In this document: one piece after another, positions 1 to 13,417 of the stretch | Layout of the letters: every line of letters begins with the position of its first letter | How positions within the stretch are numbered: the first letter of the stretch is position 1 | Source: Trichoplax sp. H2 | Taxonomy: Eukaryota | Assembly: GCA_003344405.1 (NCBI GenBank) | Contig: NOWV01000026.1 | Coordinates: 434,001 to 498,000 of the forward strand | DNA length: 64,000 bases | Direction of reading: 5' to 3' | The notes under the pieces: generated by a model | Seen by the model: the letters and a program-made list of their open reading frames with translations, nothing else | What the model was told of the DNA's origin: nothing | The model's database searches: none | Position numbers and translations under genes: made by a program

Positions 1-3000
1 AAAGAGCAAGTTTCCCAACCATCGAACAAGCTTCTTACCCAACTACAAAGTATACATAAAAATATAGACGTAAGCAATCATCGCAGCTTAAGGCATTTAT
101 GAAGGAAAATTACAGAGTTACGGTAAAAATAAACTTTTCTATCATCTAGAAAATTTTAATTATTATGAACAGATATCTGCAGTATATATTTTCTTTTTCT
201 TGAGTAAAGATAACATAAATTTCTACATACCCCTCTGGAATATTGATAATCCGCTGAGTTACGGGAAGTACTACCGGTTTGCTTTTGTACATAAGATTTA
301 TGTAATCTAGTGAATAGAACATATTTTAAAGTTACCGTCACTATATTGAGAATTGAAAACTAAAACAGTTATGATTTCGATTGCTATAGTGAATGGTTTA
401 AATATTATCGATAGGGCTTTTACATTTATCTGATTTTTCTTTCACTAGTTGGCCTATCTATCTATCGATATATGTTAGTTGTTACTCGTATAGATTATTA
501 AAAGTTTGTTGTTTGTTTTTTAGTCGAGTAAAAGGGAAACGTAGCTATAGAATTCAATCAAAAAATATCAAATATTGTAATGGCGCATTTTAATTGTGAA
601 AACTATTTCTCATTGATTATATTATAGGAATGTAATAAGTAAAGGGATGAATCAATCAAGATATTACCCAGTGATGTCATACAACTTACTCTAATAATTC
701 CTCTTTCTTAGCATAAGGCCATGGCAATTCTTTGACTATACTAATAATCTCGTATTGCAATTCCTTCTTTTTCAAAAGCAAATCATTGCTATCGAGGCTA
801 TTCCAGTGGAAGATTGGTTTTATATATTCTTCCTCAACGCTGTAACGATTATTTAAAGTAAACATTATTTAATCAAAAATTCGAAATAGATGCTGTACAT
901 TATAAATTTTAATGCCCTGTTTATAAAAATTAAATTATAAAGTTTATCAAAGAAAAACTTAAGACGATCAATCACTAATTTGTTACCGCGTAAATGTAAC
1001 AAATAAATCTGACGCCCTTTATAGAAAATCAGGTTTACTTCTATATTTTTACCTTTCGAGGTTGCCACTATAGGGCCTTCTTAATGCTTTAATAAGGAAT
1101 CCCGGTTGTAAAGTTAGCAGTTGTCTTTCTTGCTCACTGTATCGGTCATCTAGAACGAGGGTTAAAGTTTTGAATATAATCATAAAGTAGAATTACTAAA
1201 GTTATAGTTATTATGGTAATGGTTTAACATTTTTACTATCTAAGCTGTGCTTGATAGCATGAGTGTATCGCTATTTATAACACTTTTTTAAGTCTGGGCT
1301 ACTGTCCTTCAGGAATATAAGTGATACATCAGCAGATATTAAACAACACTTTGCAAACCTTATTAAGATATACAAGCGCTTACTTATCCTACGAACTTAG
1401 TATCACCTTATTCATAAATAGCCCTAATCTAGTTTCTAGATTAAAGCTAAGACTAAGAGGTAATTAACTCTAACGAAACGTTTTTATAGTAAAGATAAGT
1501 AACACCAAACTCTATGGAGAACATCTCGTAAATCTTTCATTAATAAGTTTTAGGAAAGTTTTCAACTAATAACGTCAAGTTGACATTCCGAACGGATTTT
1601 AGTAATTGAATTATTGACTACTACTTCTAATTTAAATATCGATAGCTATAGTCGAATACAGAACGACAGGTAGTTTTCATTGAGCAAACAGTAAGGCTTT
1701 GCAACGTGATGTTTGCCTTACAGGAAATTAAAAATTTGGTAGTTGTCTTGCTCTGTGGATTGAAGCAAAGCTAGAAGGAATTTTTGCCTCATAGTTTAAT
1801 AGTAAGAAATTGTAGTTTTAAATGAAATACTAGGATTGAAAGATATCAGTTTAAAACCATTGCACCGACACTAAAGAATTAAATCATCAAATTACTACTC
1901 TGAATTTTTTATTGTAATCAATGATTTAAATTCAGTCAAAATTGCGATATAGATTGCTCATATAAATAAGATTTTATATTATCATAGAGATTAAGAACAA
2001 AATTGATAATATCTTGATTCACTATTTTGTTATGAACGAGACTTGACAACTAAAACTGACGCAATGAAGTCGCTACTAGTAAATTTTCTTGTCCGCCAAT
2101 GTATGTCGGTGGCGGTTATCGCAATATAATATTTAATGACTGCTATCAGACTTTAAGTAGGTGAAAACACAAAAAAGTCCCATATATGATAGAGGGTTTG
2201 AAAAGTCAGCGGCTGTGAACTTAGTTGCGATTCACGGAATTGCACAAGGGAAGTGGATACTTTATTGTAGACAGTAACTAAGATACAACTTAGTAGTTAT
2301 GGTAGATGAGCATGTAAGCTATCGCAAGTAACGTGTGAAAGTACTAATACTGTGGCTAGTGCAACTAATGATTTCTAAGGTAGAAATCGGTGGCATTTGT
2401 AGCTTTTAAGATAGAACACATGCAGAGAACAGGATTGTAAAATTAGATACAACGTTTACCAAAACAGACTATGTAATAGTAAATGATTGTAGAAATGGTG
2501 AAGACTGTAAGTGCTATAAGTAACTGTTGTAAATACAGCTAGCCAATTTGAATATGGTGCAAACAGGCTGTAAAGATATCTATGTTTAATATGTTTAAGA
2601 GCTATACGAAAGGTCTATATTAAGAATAGATTATAGTTACAGTACAGTCTAAATATATTACACTGTATACATAAATCCGAAACAGGTATGATAGAATTTC
2701 TGAATTAATTAAATCTTCGTCCTACTGTTTATTCTGTGTTAAAAGTGATATACTCCTACGTTCGGTTTAATATGCTCGATAAATGGTGTCAAGAATATTA
2801 TAAGCATCTCTATCATTACGTAATACAAGTACTGTGTTTGATAAAGTAAGGCTTAATTATTTTAGAATATTTAACAGAGCATCGTAGTTTATAAAAGTTA
2901 GTGACTATTTCTCTATACACGTATCAGTTATAATAATACGAAGCTTATTTTCCGGCTGCAAAAAACGATACTTAATAGAAGTTTGCCCTTTATATATGTA

Positions 3001-3740
3001 TTGAGAAATGAATATCATGCTTACGTGTATTACTATTAGCAGCGAAATAAAAAATCAGTTTATTATAATTTAATTTTCAGTCTGTAGGGCAGCAGAAACC
3101 CAATGAGCATTCTTTAATTTTAACATTGTGTACAATAATTCTGTTTAAAACATGCATTTCTTAATTAATCTAAGTAAATCTGAAATCGATTTACCATTGA
3201 GGTGAACTGATGTTTGCTAGTTTCTGCTTATTAAAGTAATTTTTGCAATAGCTGTATTAAATCAGATTGTACCCTAACTAAAAATAAAGACAGGGCTTAC
3301 GTTTAAGAAATGAAGCTTTAGTCTTAGCGGAACGACATTTGAACTTGCAATACTTGAAATAACGTTACAAGTACTCCGTATACGATTTTCTAGATGATTA
3401 CGAAGCTTTTCTCGGTATTTTAATATAATTTTATTCGATATTTGGTGATGAATTTGTGAAAATATCACTATATCGTGTTTATCAATTTTTCGTAACTTGT
3501 TAAGTTAACAATAATAAATGATCATGTTTAAGTGGAAAAACTATTTTTTTGTACATAGAAGTCTTCACTTATTCGCGATTGGAAACAAATCTAGTTGGTA
3601 ATACTTTCTCAGAGTCGACATTTTTTATTATAACTAAAGCTTCTAAATTATTATGTCTTAGCTAATTACTATTCTAAAATAAAACAATTTACGTTACCGA
3701 AACCATCTTCTAAATCTTCCTGATTTCTGCTGCTTGCCAT
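1..3740 (-). CDS. TMC (transmembrane channel-like) family protein, paralog A; 5' part only, gene continues beyond the left edge
   Basis: Phase-consistent GT-AG exons read by hand: 3740-3698 (MASSRNQEDLEDGF), 1149-1053 (DDRYSEQERQLLTLQPGFLIKALRRPYSGNLES), 839-690 (VEEEYIKPIFHWNSLDSNDLLLKKKELQYEIISIVKELPWPYAKKEELL), 306-231 (LHKSYVQKQTGSTSRNSADYQYSRG), 42-1 (LGKKLVRWLGNLLF...). The 839-690 exon matches exon 2 of the neighbouring TMC gene (KKLEIQHKIISQIRGLPWPIDRKMEIL) in sequence and intron phase, and the TMC1-3 N-terminal 'PW.M.KK..L' motif. The two most 5' exons are less certain. Confidence 0.75.
2192..2305. repeat. Copy of a diverged dispersed repeat (second copy at ~19576-19698)
   Basis: gagggtttgaaaagtcagcggctgtgaacttagttgcgattcacggaattgcacaaggg...tttattgtagacagtaactaagatacaacttagtagttatgg aligns by eye with gagggttcgaagattcagcggctgcggacttagtagtcattctcagaaattacgcaagg...tttattgttatagcaacggaggtacaatacggtagttatgg. 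Confidence 0.6.
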
Positions 3741-6700
3741 AACAAGTACTTTGATTAGCTGTTATGAAAATCTTGATTCTTTGTGGCTACTACTTTTTAA
3801 GTATTCTAATGACTTTGATGAGTTAAAATGTCGATAATTGTCTAGAGGAGCCAATTTATGGGCGCAAAGACTGTTTAATGCAGTGGATTACGGGAAGTGA
3901 TAATCAAAGTATTATTTTTCGAAAGTGGTTTTCATTTTGTGAATTACTGACTGATATTGATTGGTTGGGTGCTTCTATACTAATTAACATACAGACACGG
4001 AAGGACGCTTACGTAAAAAATATAATAGTAATACATATATGAGATACGCCTGCTATTGTCTATATAGCCCTTTATATACTACAATCTAGAATATAGGCTA
4101 AAAATATGCAAGTTTTATATCGAAAACAACTCACCTTCGCTGTCACTTATTTTTGTGGACAATCAATAGTAGGTAGCATCCTTTCATCTGTAATAGAATA
4201 AAAAAGGAGTACGGTTAAAGTAAACGATATTTATTAGAAGGTTATTGTCAGATTGAACATTAAAACCAAAGGTAGTGACGTAGAAGGTTGTACTGGATAA
4301 GAGTTCTTTCTTTTATTGGCTAATTACTATTTGAGAACTAACAATTAGACAATATCTTTATTAAACTTATGTACGGTATCAAGTACCGCGCCATATTGTC
4401 TTTGCACTAGAGTATTAAACGAATATTCATACCATGGACCATTACGTGCTGTTGAATTACTTTCGAAAGCAAATCATTTCAGATTATTATAATTACGCAA
4501 GCTATTACCGTACACTATGAGATCATACGATCCAAAATCAAATGATACTCATGCTAGTTCCTAGGCACTATGCAGCTATAGTTTCGTATCCTCTTATACC
4601 GCACCGGTTGTGGATTTAGATTAATTAGTTTAATAAATAATTACTATCTAAATCGCCAGAGATACTTTGTTCGATAGGTGTCTACTATAAGGTGATTGAT
4701 AATTATAATTATTGTTAGTTAGGTCAATTAATTATTCTTGTACTGTATGTAATATAAGGAGTTCGGTATGTTTACGAAGCTATGACAGGTAGACCTTCAG
4801 TGAGATCAAGGAAATAAACCTAGAATCTTAGCGTAGGCAATCAAGTTATTCATTCGGACAGAAACGAGCGCGAAGTTCTCGGCAGAAGCGGGAGAGGTTG
4901 ATAACGTTTTACTCATAGACACTAAGATAATGAATCAGGTGATGGAATCGACAGTTACAGATATACACCAAAACTTATAGTATATGCGTACACTACGTGT
5001 ATGTGCGGTACGATATTAGTGGTACATGCAATACTATGAACTCTAAAAGATATATAGTAGTTACAATTTAGTGAATTTACAAATATCTCCGTATGCTCTT
5101 ATACAATTAATTATTACTGTACCTTGTAAAAATATTATTTAGGGCTACAACAATTTGCCTTTAAAGTATTTCGAAGACTAGTGACAAGGCTCTTATAACT
5201 AGTTGTTCCTGTTTTTATTTCGCTCTAAAATAACATTACGGTATTTATGTATGATAATAATTAAGTAACTTTTATTACCAGTGTTGTTGCGCTAGATCGT
5301 ACGAATGTATTACTTAGGGTACCCTATTCGAACTTCCACGTTCTTTTTATATGGTCAGCACGTTCAAAGTTTCTTAAATTAGTAAATATTAACTATTTGG
5401 TTAAGGATATAGATGGATACAGTAATGGTTGTAATCAAGAACATAGGGTATAGCTTACATTTTTACCGTTTAACACCAACAATGACATAAAATTAAGCCT
5501 AATAATAGGTCAATAACTTTACTTTATCAAAACTTATATCTAACATACAGTATGGCGATATATGAGTACCGCTGCTTGTTATAAAATTGTAAGGAAAAAA
5601 CTATCTATCAGAATGGATATGTTGTAAATTAAAGGCCAGCTTCATCGCTGGGAAGTTGCAAATACGTACTTTTACCATGGCTATAGACGAATGAACTATT
5701 AGATATCTTACAATAGTCAAATTTTAACTAAAGTGAATCAATGCTTGGTCTGGTATTAATCATTGGAAAACAGTAATAAATCGTAAAAAAACGACATACT
5801 CATATTATGGGTACTATCACTTGCTAAGAAAGCTCATTAATGATCAGGATTGATTCATCCTTTATTCTGTAAGATCATTGTAAATGCGGAAACTAATACA
5901 TTCCAATAAATAAGTTATGTTATCTTTAGATTTGGTATAAATAGTTTAAAATTAGTAATTATAATGATTAGATATAATCTCTGTTTTTAGCTAATCAATA
6001 GCTAACAGCATGTAAGACCAAATTACGGTCAACCATAAAATTTTGGAACTTGTGTTCCTTTGAACCACTTTCATTCACTGTGACGATACTCATATTGGAA
6101 AAGAGTACTAACTCGCTGTTTTAAGTTAATCTTTCGTTTTCGATCTCTTAACTACGGTACTACTGTAACCAAAGGCGTAGTGTCGGAATGCGTTATGAAA
6201 TCGTTCATTATACATGGATAGATCATTATAAGGAATAACTGAAGAAGAGAATTGCTATATTTTAAGATATACATTTCTTTCATTAACCGATATTATAGTG
6301 AATTATCTAAATTAGTTTAAAAATGAAATAAGGAATACGTGACGTAAAAACGTAACGAAATGACCGACGTGATAAAATATTATCGTGAATAAAAGCTTTG
6401 ACATTAGGAAAATTGATTTTATTATTAGAAACGGTACCTATGCGAAAGTGCAAGTCTATTGGCAGTAGCTGTTGGTTACGTTATTGTAAAACTGAAATAA
6501 TGGAAAAGGAATTAAATATACTGTACATCCTCTGTTGTAGGTTCAGTAAACCACTCAGGCATTATCAAGACAATGAGTGAACATTAATAGCAGTGTTTAT
6601 TCATTGCGAAGCTACTGGGATCCAGTCGTAACACTTAGGTGCAAACACTGAATTTTGACAAATGAAGAGAGTAAATCAACAGATCATTGCGAACTACAAC

Positions 6701-7590
6701 ATCCTGAAACTATAGTAAGTATGTGCTGAGATTATACGATAATGGACGTAATAACTCCCTAGTTTAAAAAGTGCAAGTGAAATGGAAATACAGTGATCAT
6801 ATCATTGCCTCATTAATTATGATGCCTGGTGCTAATACTACTACTATTTGGTCTTTGGATGGCAAGCATACCGTATCATCGTTCTACATAATGAGCCAGA
6901 CTCAATATCACATCATCGCTGCTAAGGACAGTATACGCATATATGTAAATCACCTTGCTTTCGATTGATTATTATTTGTTGCTAAGTAATTGAAGACCAT
7001 TAATGTTTGGAACATGCCTGTGTACACCGGTAGTGCATTCATACCGTATACGTTTACCTCATAACGCACCTTCAGTGTTGTACATTTGCAAGCATAGAGC
7101 TTCCATAAGTCAAATCATTATATCTCTGTTACTGCAAACAGATACACAAAATTACTATCAAATTATTTTTTTAGACATCACCCTCGATAACTATTACGAA
7201 AAAGTATTCTGATACGAATACAAGGTCGTACTCGAATTTTACTTTCAATTTGATCTCAATACAGAAAGAATAGAATTTCTAATATCGCATGTGCAAAATA
7301 TATTAAACTCAAACAAAATTAGAAATCAAGGTAACGTTAAAACCAAAGTATGAAGTAGACTAAGCTACTTGTACGTTCACTATTTTAATTTAAATTCCAT
7401 AATGACAAGAAAATTTTAAACATGACGCATTCGCAGCTACTATAAAATTTATATGCATGATAGAGATTTGCTCCTTTATAAATAATTAATAAGGTCAGTT
7501 AAAACCAGTTAAACTGTAAGAAATGATTATTTAAATGGTTTTTCAGCGAAAATTTTAATAAAGCATATTAGATATTACTGGGGATGCTAG

Positions 7591-10500
7591 TTATTTCCGC
7601 ATTTTGGCTTTATATTTATAATACATCTCAGATACTGCTTGTCGAGCATTCGTGGGCAAGGAATTTAATACACGTTGCATTTCTTCTCTTGTGAGATCGC
7701 TAGGATTATTTTTCATTCGAGTCATCAAGTCATTTAGTGAGTGAGACGAAGATGACGTCTTTGCTTGAGCTAACTCAGTTTTAGTATTTTCTCCCGATCG
7801 ATTAGGATCCATAGCTGATTCAGTTAGGGATAAACTACGATTAGTCGTTATGGATATTTGATTTGCTTGTACAGGTTCGCTAATTTGGGTTTCGTCAACC
7901 GTGGTATTTGGTGTATCAAACGGTGGAGTAATTGACAAGCGTTCACCACTACTTATGTCGTTCAAAGCGGAACCCTTTCCACCGAATGAATGAAAATCTA
8001 TCTGCAGAGAACTTCTTAAATTTTCGGAATCCTGTTGATCACTCGCTGGTGTATTAGATTGTAAATATCTTCCATCGATAGCAACTTGGCTTGATACTTT
8101 ACTCTTTTGTCTTATTGCATTACTTGAAAGCTCTCTTTTTCTAAGTTTCTCTGTATGCAGATAATGATATGAAAATGGCCCCAATTTATTATCCGCCACG
8201 TGTATGCGATCTTGATCTAAATAAGAGACAGTTCTGTAACGATCGCCATAGTATGGCTTATTCTGAACTGTTAAAATATGAAATAAATAAGTATTCCTTA
8301 CTGTAAGCTGATAAAAATTTCAAATAAGAACATAGCAAACTACAGCGAAGAGTTGCATAATTATATCTTAATTATAATGTATATTAGCAAGATCAAGTAT
8401 TACAACTAGATGATACGAACCTTTTGTAATTGTACTCTTAAGTCATTACTAAGAGTTTTGTAGCTCGCTGACAAATCGCGAAAGTATATTACGATCAGCC
8501 TGTAAAGTATTATATAAATTTTATATAAATTGAAAATAACCCGCAAATGTCAAACTAAATACAATTGACTGTCATCATAATGGTGCAAAGGCCCAATCAT
8601 AATCCAAAATAAAGTTATATAATGAAATATCCTGACAAATTCATCAGAGCGTTTTATCATACGCACACGAGTAAGATTATAAGTGGAATAATAACGAAAG
8701 TTTGCGTTATATATTCGAAGAAAGTGCGAACGCCTTCTGGGCTTCTTCTTACAAAATCATCAATAATTTGATATAAAGTCATTCCAACGAAGCTCCTTTT
8801 ATGAAATGAAATAAAAAAATCCATTGTTTTTAATTAAGAGCTGCTAGAAAATTTATATTGTTATTTTAAATTAAAATTTAATTAAAGTAAGCCGATATAC
8901 TTCGAAAAGAAAATTCTATAACAAGTATCTGGCAGCAATTTACTATAACCGCTAGTGATTACATTTTCTCACCTGTATGGTCCACAATCTGGAGATACAA
9001 CGATGCTAGTACACAAATAAGGCAAAATTAGTGTTTTGAAGTATTTCAATGTACAGAATTCAAAAATCGAAACTAAGTTGGCTTTGGCGTAATATTTTTT
9101 TAGGATAAGAAAATCACAACTTTCATTACTATTAATTAAAACGGAAGAGCAAGATCGGTTGTACGTGAAAAACTCTACTAATAATTATTAATTAATAGAC
9201 GTACTTGGTTATTGAGAAACCAGCTATAAATGTGGTGATGAACAACATTACCAAGCAAATTTGAAAATAAGTTCCTATAGTGCTGACTGCTGTAAATGCC
9301 GACCTTGGCGCTATGTTAACAGTCTTTACTGACCCATCCACGAACGTAGAATATTATTCCACACTTTACCATAGCGAGTGCTGGAAGTGCAGGAGCAAAA
9401 AAAACGCCTAACCTTCATAAATTAAAGATAAACTCTTTTATTCGTAATTTTAGTAAAGAATTATGATGATTGTATTCTTGATAATTTATTGAGTAAACTG
9501 GTTACCAAGCTAAGCCTTGACTATAAATCAACTGCAGCACGCTCTTAGCAAGTTCAAATTCTGGGTAAGGAGGGGGCTAAAAACAAATACAGGATACAGT
9601 CATGCAGCTCCAGCAGCATAAATGGAAACAGTGCATTTTAAAATTTATTGTTATAATTTTGACTAAAATTCGGCTAGCGCACGTAAAATATTAGAGCATT
9701 TTAAAGCAATCTATAACAGCTAAGTCGTTCAGCCGTATATTGAGTAATTTAAGCTATAGCAAATTCTGAGTTAATTCAAAATGACGTATTGTCTACATAA
9801 ACTGGAATTACTGTTTAGATATTCACATTTTCGATTGTACCATCACGCAAGCCAGGAAAACTGCGTACGAATGCGGCTCTTAATATTTCGAAAAAAATTC
9901 CAACAAAAACGGCATAAAGATCAATCACGGAAACTTTCATCAACTCTTGGCCTACTGATGTTTCCCAGCAACTAACATTCGACGATCCGATAGTTACATT
10001 GCCACAAAATAATGGATTTTGGGCAGTTCCTGCCTGCAATCATGAAATATATGTTACAGTTATTCCTAAGACTATGCATAAGGGCAGAAATAATGCTAAT
10101 TTCTTCCTGAATCATTTTAGTATTCCTTTAAAAACATTTCGTAAAAGCGATTTTATGTGCAGAGTAACTATAAGGGCTCGTAATTCATAGCGTTTACTCA
10201 GTATAAGTAGTAGATTGCTTACCACCGGCGTAAGTCCAAATAATGTAAACATTAGCACGCTCATGTTCAACAGGTACATTACCATAACTCTATTAAATGT
10301 AGTAGATTATAAGGTTTATAAACATTCTAGAATTACATCACTATTGCAAACAAATTTTCTTATATCTGTATATTACACTGTTTTCAATAATTGATGAAAT
10401 GTTTTAAATTTGTTACAACTTGTTAGTACTGTTTCAAAGACCTTTTGAAAGCTAGATTTAGTGAGGCATTAAACAGAAATATATGTAAACTTACCTAAAT

Positions 10501-13417
10501 AACTTAAGTTTAAGTTGTGTTCCAGCCTTATAATTCTCAATTTTGGCAAATAAATCAAATAAAAATGGGGCAACTATATTTGATCCGGCAATTACTAGTG
10601 ATACCTATAAAATCATAGTAAAACTGCAATAAATAAGCAATAGCATTCGATGCAGTCATCTTCCAAATCATGTTGCAGGATCATTTCGATTACCATATAG
10701 CGGATAATAATATTGTTTGTATTTTTAAGGTAGCATTCATACGCCCTAAGAGTAAGCAGAATGGCAGCACCACAAGAAATCCAAGTCAATAACACCAAAA
10801 AATTAGATATGATACCCATGATGATATGAATAATACTGAAAGAAATTAATATTCCATTAAAATAATACATCTGACGAAATGAAAGTACGTATTTTAAATA
10901 TTTCTATCTAAGTGCAGAAAAATTAAATTTATTAAATGTGCAGCGTAGTAATAATTGTAATTACAGAGGCCTGGAAGGTTTGTCACGTTCTGTTACATCT
11001 CCAATATATTCCTAGTAAAGAAATGCACAAATGGCGATAGAAATCAAATGCTTGCTGACTTTATTATAGTTTAAATCTAGATACCAATCAGCTTCCGAAA
11101 CGTTATTAATCCTCAGTTTACGCGCTAGGATATACCAATTTACGAATCGAGTATCATAAATTATAATTATTGGCGATTCCGTTAATACAATAAGGTAGAA
11201 ATACGAGATGCAAGAGGCTATAGAGCTCGTTAATACTCTGCTAATTCATACCCTGAATTGAGTTTTGATAGATTGCTTCTTCTCTGATGCTGAATTGGCA
11301 GAAGTAATCAAATAGTCCCAACGTGTAAATAGTTGCCAAGAAAATAGATAATTGGTCCTGGAAGATATGGTTTTCCTATTCGTTTTCTGACGGTGTCGAC
11401 TAATTCTGTTGAATGTGTATTTATGTTAGTCCTAATAAGTAAAAGTTTAACAAGGTACCAAGCTTACAGATCACGTGCAACTACTGTACCTGTTCAGAAT
11501 ATATACGTAACTTATCAAAAGAATGCCAATTTGTGCTATGAAATATGCTATGCGCATATCATAAACGTTTATGCTGTTCTTTGTACCTATAGGTATAACA
11601 CTATAAGCCCCGTAAAATAGGAAAGAATAGGTAACCGGCCCCTAAATTCGATTCAGGTAAAGTGTATTAGTCGGATGACGATGCATTTATATAACAGATA
11701 TAAAATACCCTTTGCATAAAAATTGATTTCAAAAATTGATAAAAGTACCATAGAGATCTACCAACCTGAAAATTGATTACATTTTCAATCGTATCAGCTT
11801 GCAGGGCACTATATGACGTTGACGGTTGAGTCCATTTGTATAAAATCAACTAGTGTAGATTCAAAAGACATTTACAAATATATCTTATACAGTTCAAAAG
11901 AATAGAAAGTAACTAAAGAAAACATTTTAGCAACAATTTAAATTTATTGTGAATTATTATATGAAAGTGTTGTTTATTAATAAAAAACTTCAAATTAACA
12001 TATGAAATATTATTGAGGCTGCTACCTGAGGAATCAATATGAATCCAATATATATCAACGACAGAATTAGGTTAAGCAGAAACAAAGATCGTAAAAATAT
12101 GAAAAATGACGACACAATGGATCCAAAGTGACCTGGAATATACAGAACGGCAGTCAAAATCATGTTGTAAATTTAAGCGCAAGAACAGAAATACAATGTT
12201 CTACTGTATATAGAAAAAGCAATCCCTACTAAGTCGCTTAAGTATCATAAAAGGAGCATTATAGTTGAAAGCTATCTACGCGTAAATTATGACATGCAAT
12301 ATAGCAATAGCAGTACCTTCAATTAATTTGATTCGATTTTCCCAGACAACAAAATAATTGAAAAAGCTTTTAATGTTACGGTAAAATTTTATCGTTCCCT
12401 AAGCAATATCAATAATCATGCAAAATATTACATCATTAGAGCTATCATTAAAAGTTATAGGTGAGTAGAATAGCCTCTATGGTTACATTTGGTTGCAATG
12501 TGAGCATATTGAATAATCAAATAAAATTGATGCACAAGATATTTTTGTGGCAGCTTAAACATTATTTTTACGGTAGTATAATCTGTTGGTTACTATTTCT
12601 ACTGCTCACAAATCTATAATTTAGTAGAGATAGTTTTAATATACTCATTAAATTATAATAATTATAATAGATTTATAGTACGAACCGTAGTTCTAGAGAT
12701 CTTGGATCCATGAATGTCGATTACATCACTTGAAACTGCATTCATGAATTCAATATGTTTACTATTATTTATCAGTAATGACATGATAACAGAGATCAGA
12801 AAAGTGTTTTAACCGTGGAAAAAATAAAATTTTGATCATATTAGTGGTATATACGTAGGCAATACTCGAGCTAAGAAAGTCATAAGATCACACTAATATA
12901 CAATACCACAAAATCTATTTATCTTACTTCAAAATTTCCATCTTTCTGTCAATTGGCCAAGGTAAGCCTCTAATTTGACTAATAATCTTGTGCTGTATTT
13001 CCAATTTTTTAGTAAAAAGCTTTTCACTTTGCCCATCAGAATATTCAAATAATTCCCAACGATTTATGAAGAGGTCGTCAACTCTAATTGAGAAGACAAC
13101 CGCAAGTCAATAACAAAAGCACACAATTTTACAGTTAGTATTGAAGCAGCAAGAGAGTCGATTATGTCATGGAAGTCAGTAGTGCCTTTGGAATACAGTC
13201 ATATTAAGATTAATTAAGTCTGGTAAACAATTGAATACTTATATTTTTTAATCATCTCTTCGTATTAATAAGAAGAAAACTTGGCTTACCGACACCTCTC
13301 TTCTTCACTTGTTGCGGACAAGTAACTTTTCCTGAAGTAATCTAAATCAAACTCTTCCAAGTAGTTCAATAATTCCGATTCGTCTCTTCCAATAGTAATT
13401 TCATGCATCGTAGCCAT
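7591..13417 (-). CDS. TMC (transmembrane channel-like) family protein, paralog B, ~19 exons, TMC1/2/3-like; apparent 1-nt frameshift at 9333-9335
   Basis: Exons translate to TMC hallmarks: 13083-12928 IRGLPWPIDRKMEIL; ~12397-12317 FVVWENRIKLIE; 12132-12026 GHFGSIVSSFFIFLRSLFLLN; ~11641-11489 YSFLFYGAY...YDMRIAYF; ~11405-11252 FSWQLFTRWDYLI; ~10604-10495 PFLFDLFAKIENY; ~10033-9827 CWETSVGQELMK; ~9576-9506 YPEFELAKSVLQLIYSQGLAW; 9412-9206 LGVFFAPALP; ~9006-8974 SPDCGPY; terminal exon 8262-7591 (low-complexity tail, ORF 7591..8199). All introns are GT-AG with consistent phases except for the extra G. Confidence 0.92.

Noticed and set aside
4135..4187. AG/GT-bounded minus-strand segment upstream of TMC paralog A
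   Set aside because: Stops in all three frames; at most a 5' UTR exon, so it is not included in the CDS.
640..5865. Short inverted match ggatgaatcaatc at ~646 and ~5848
   Set aside because: Too short in AT-rich DNA to distinguish from chance.
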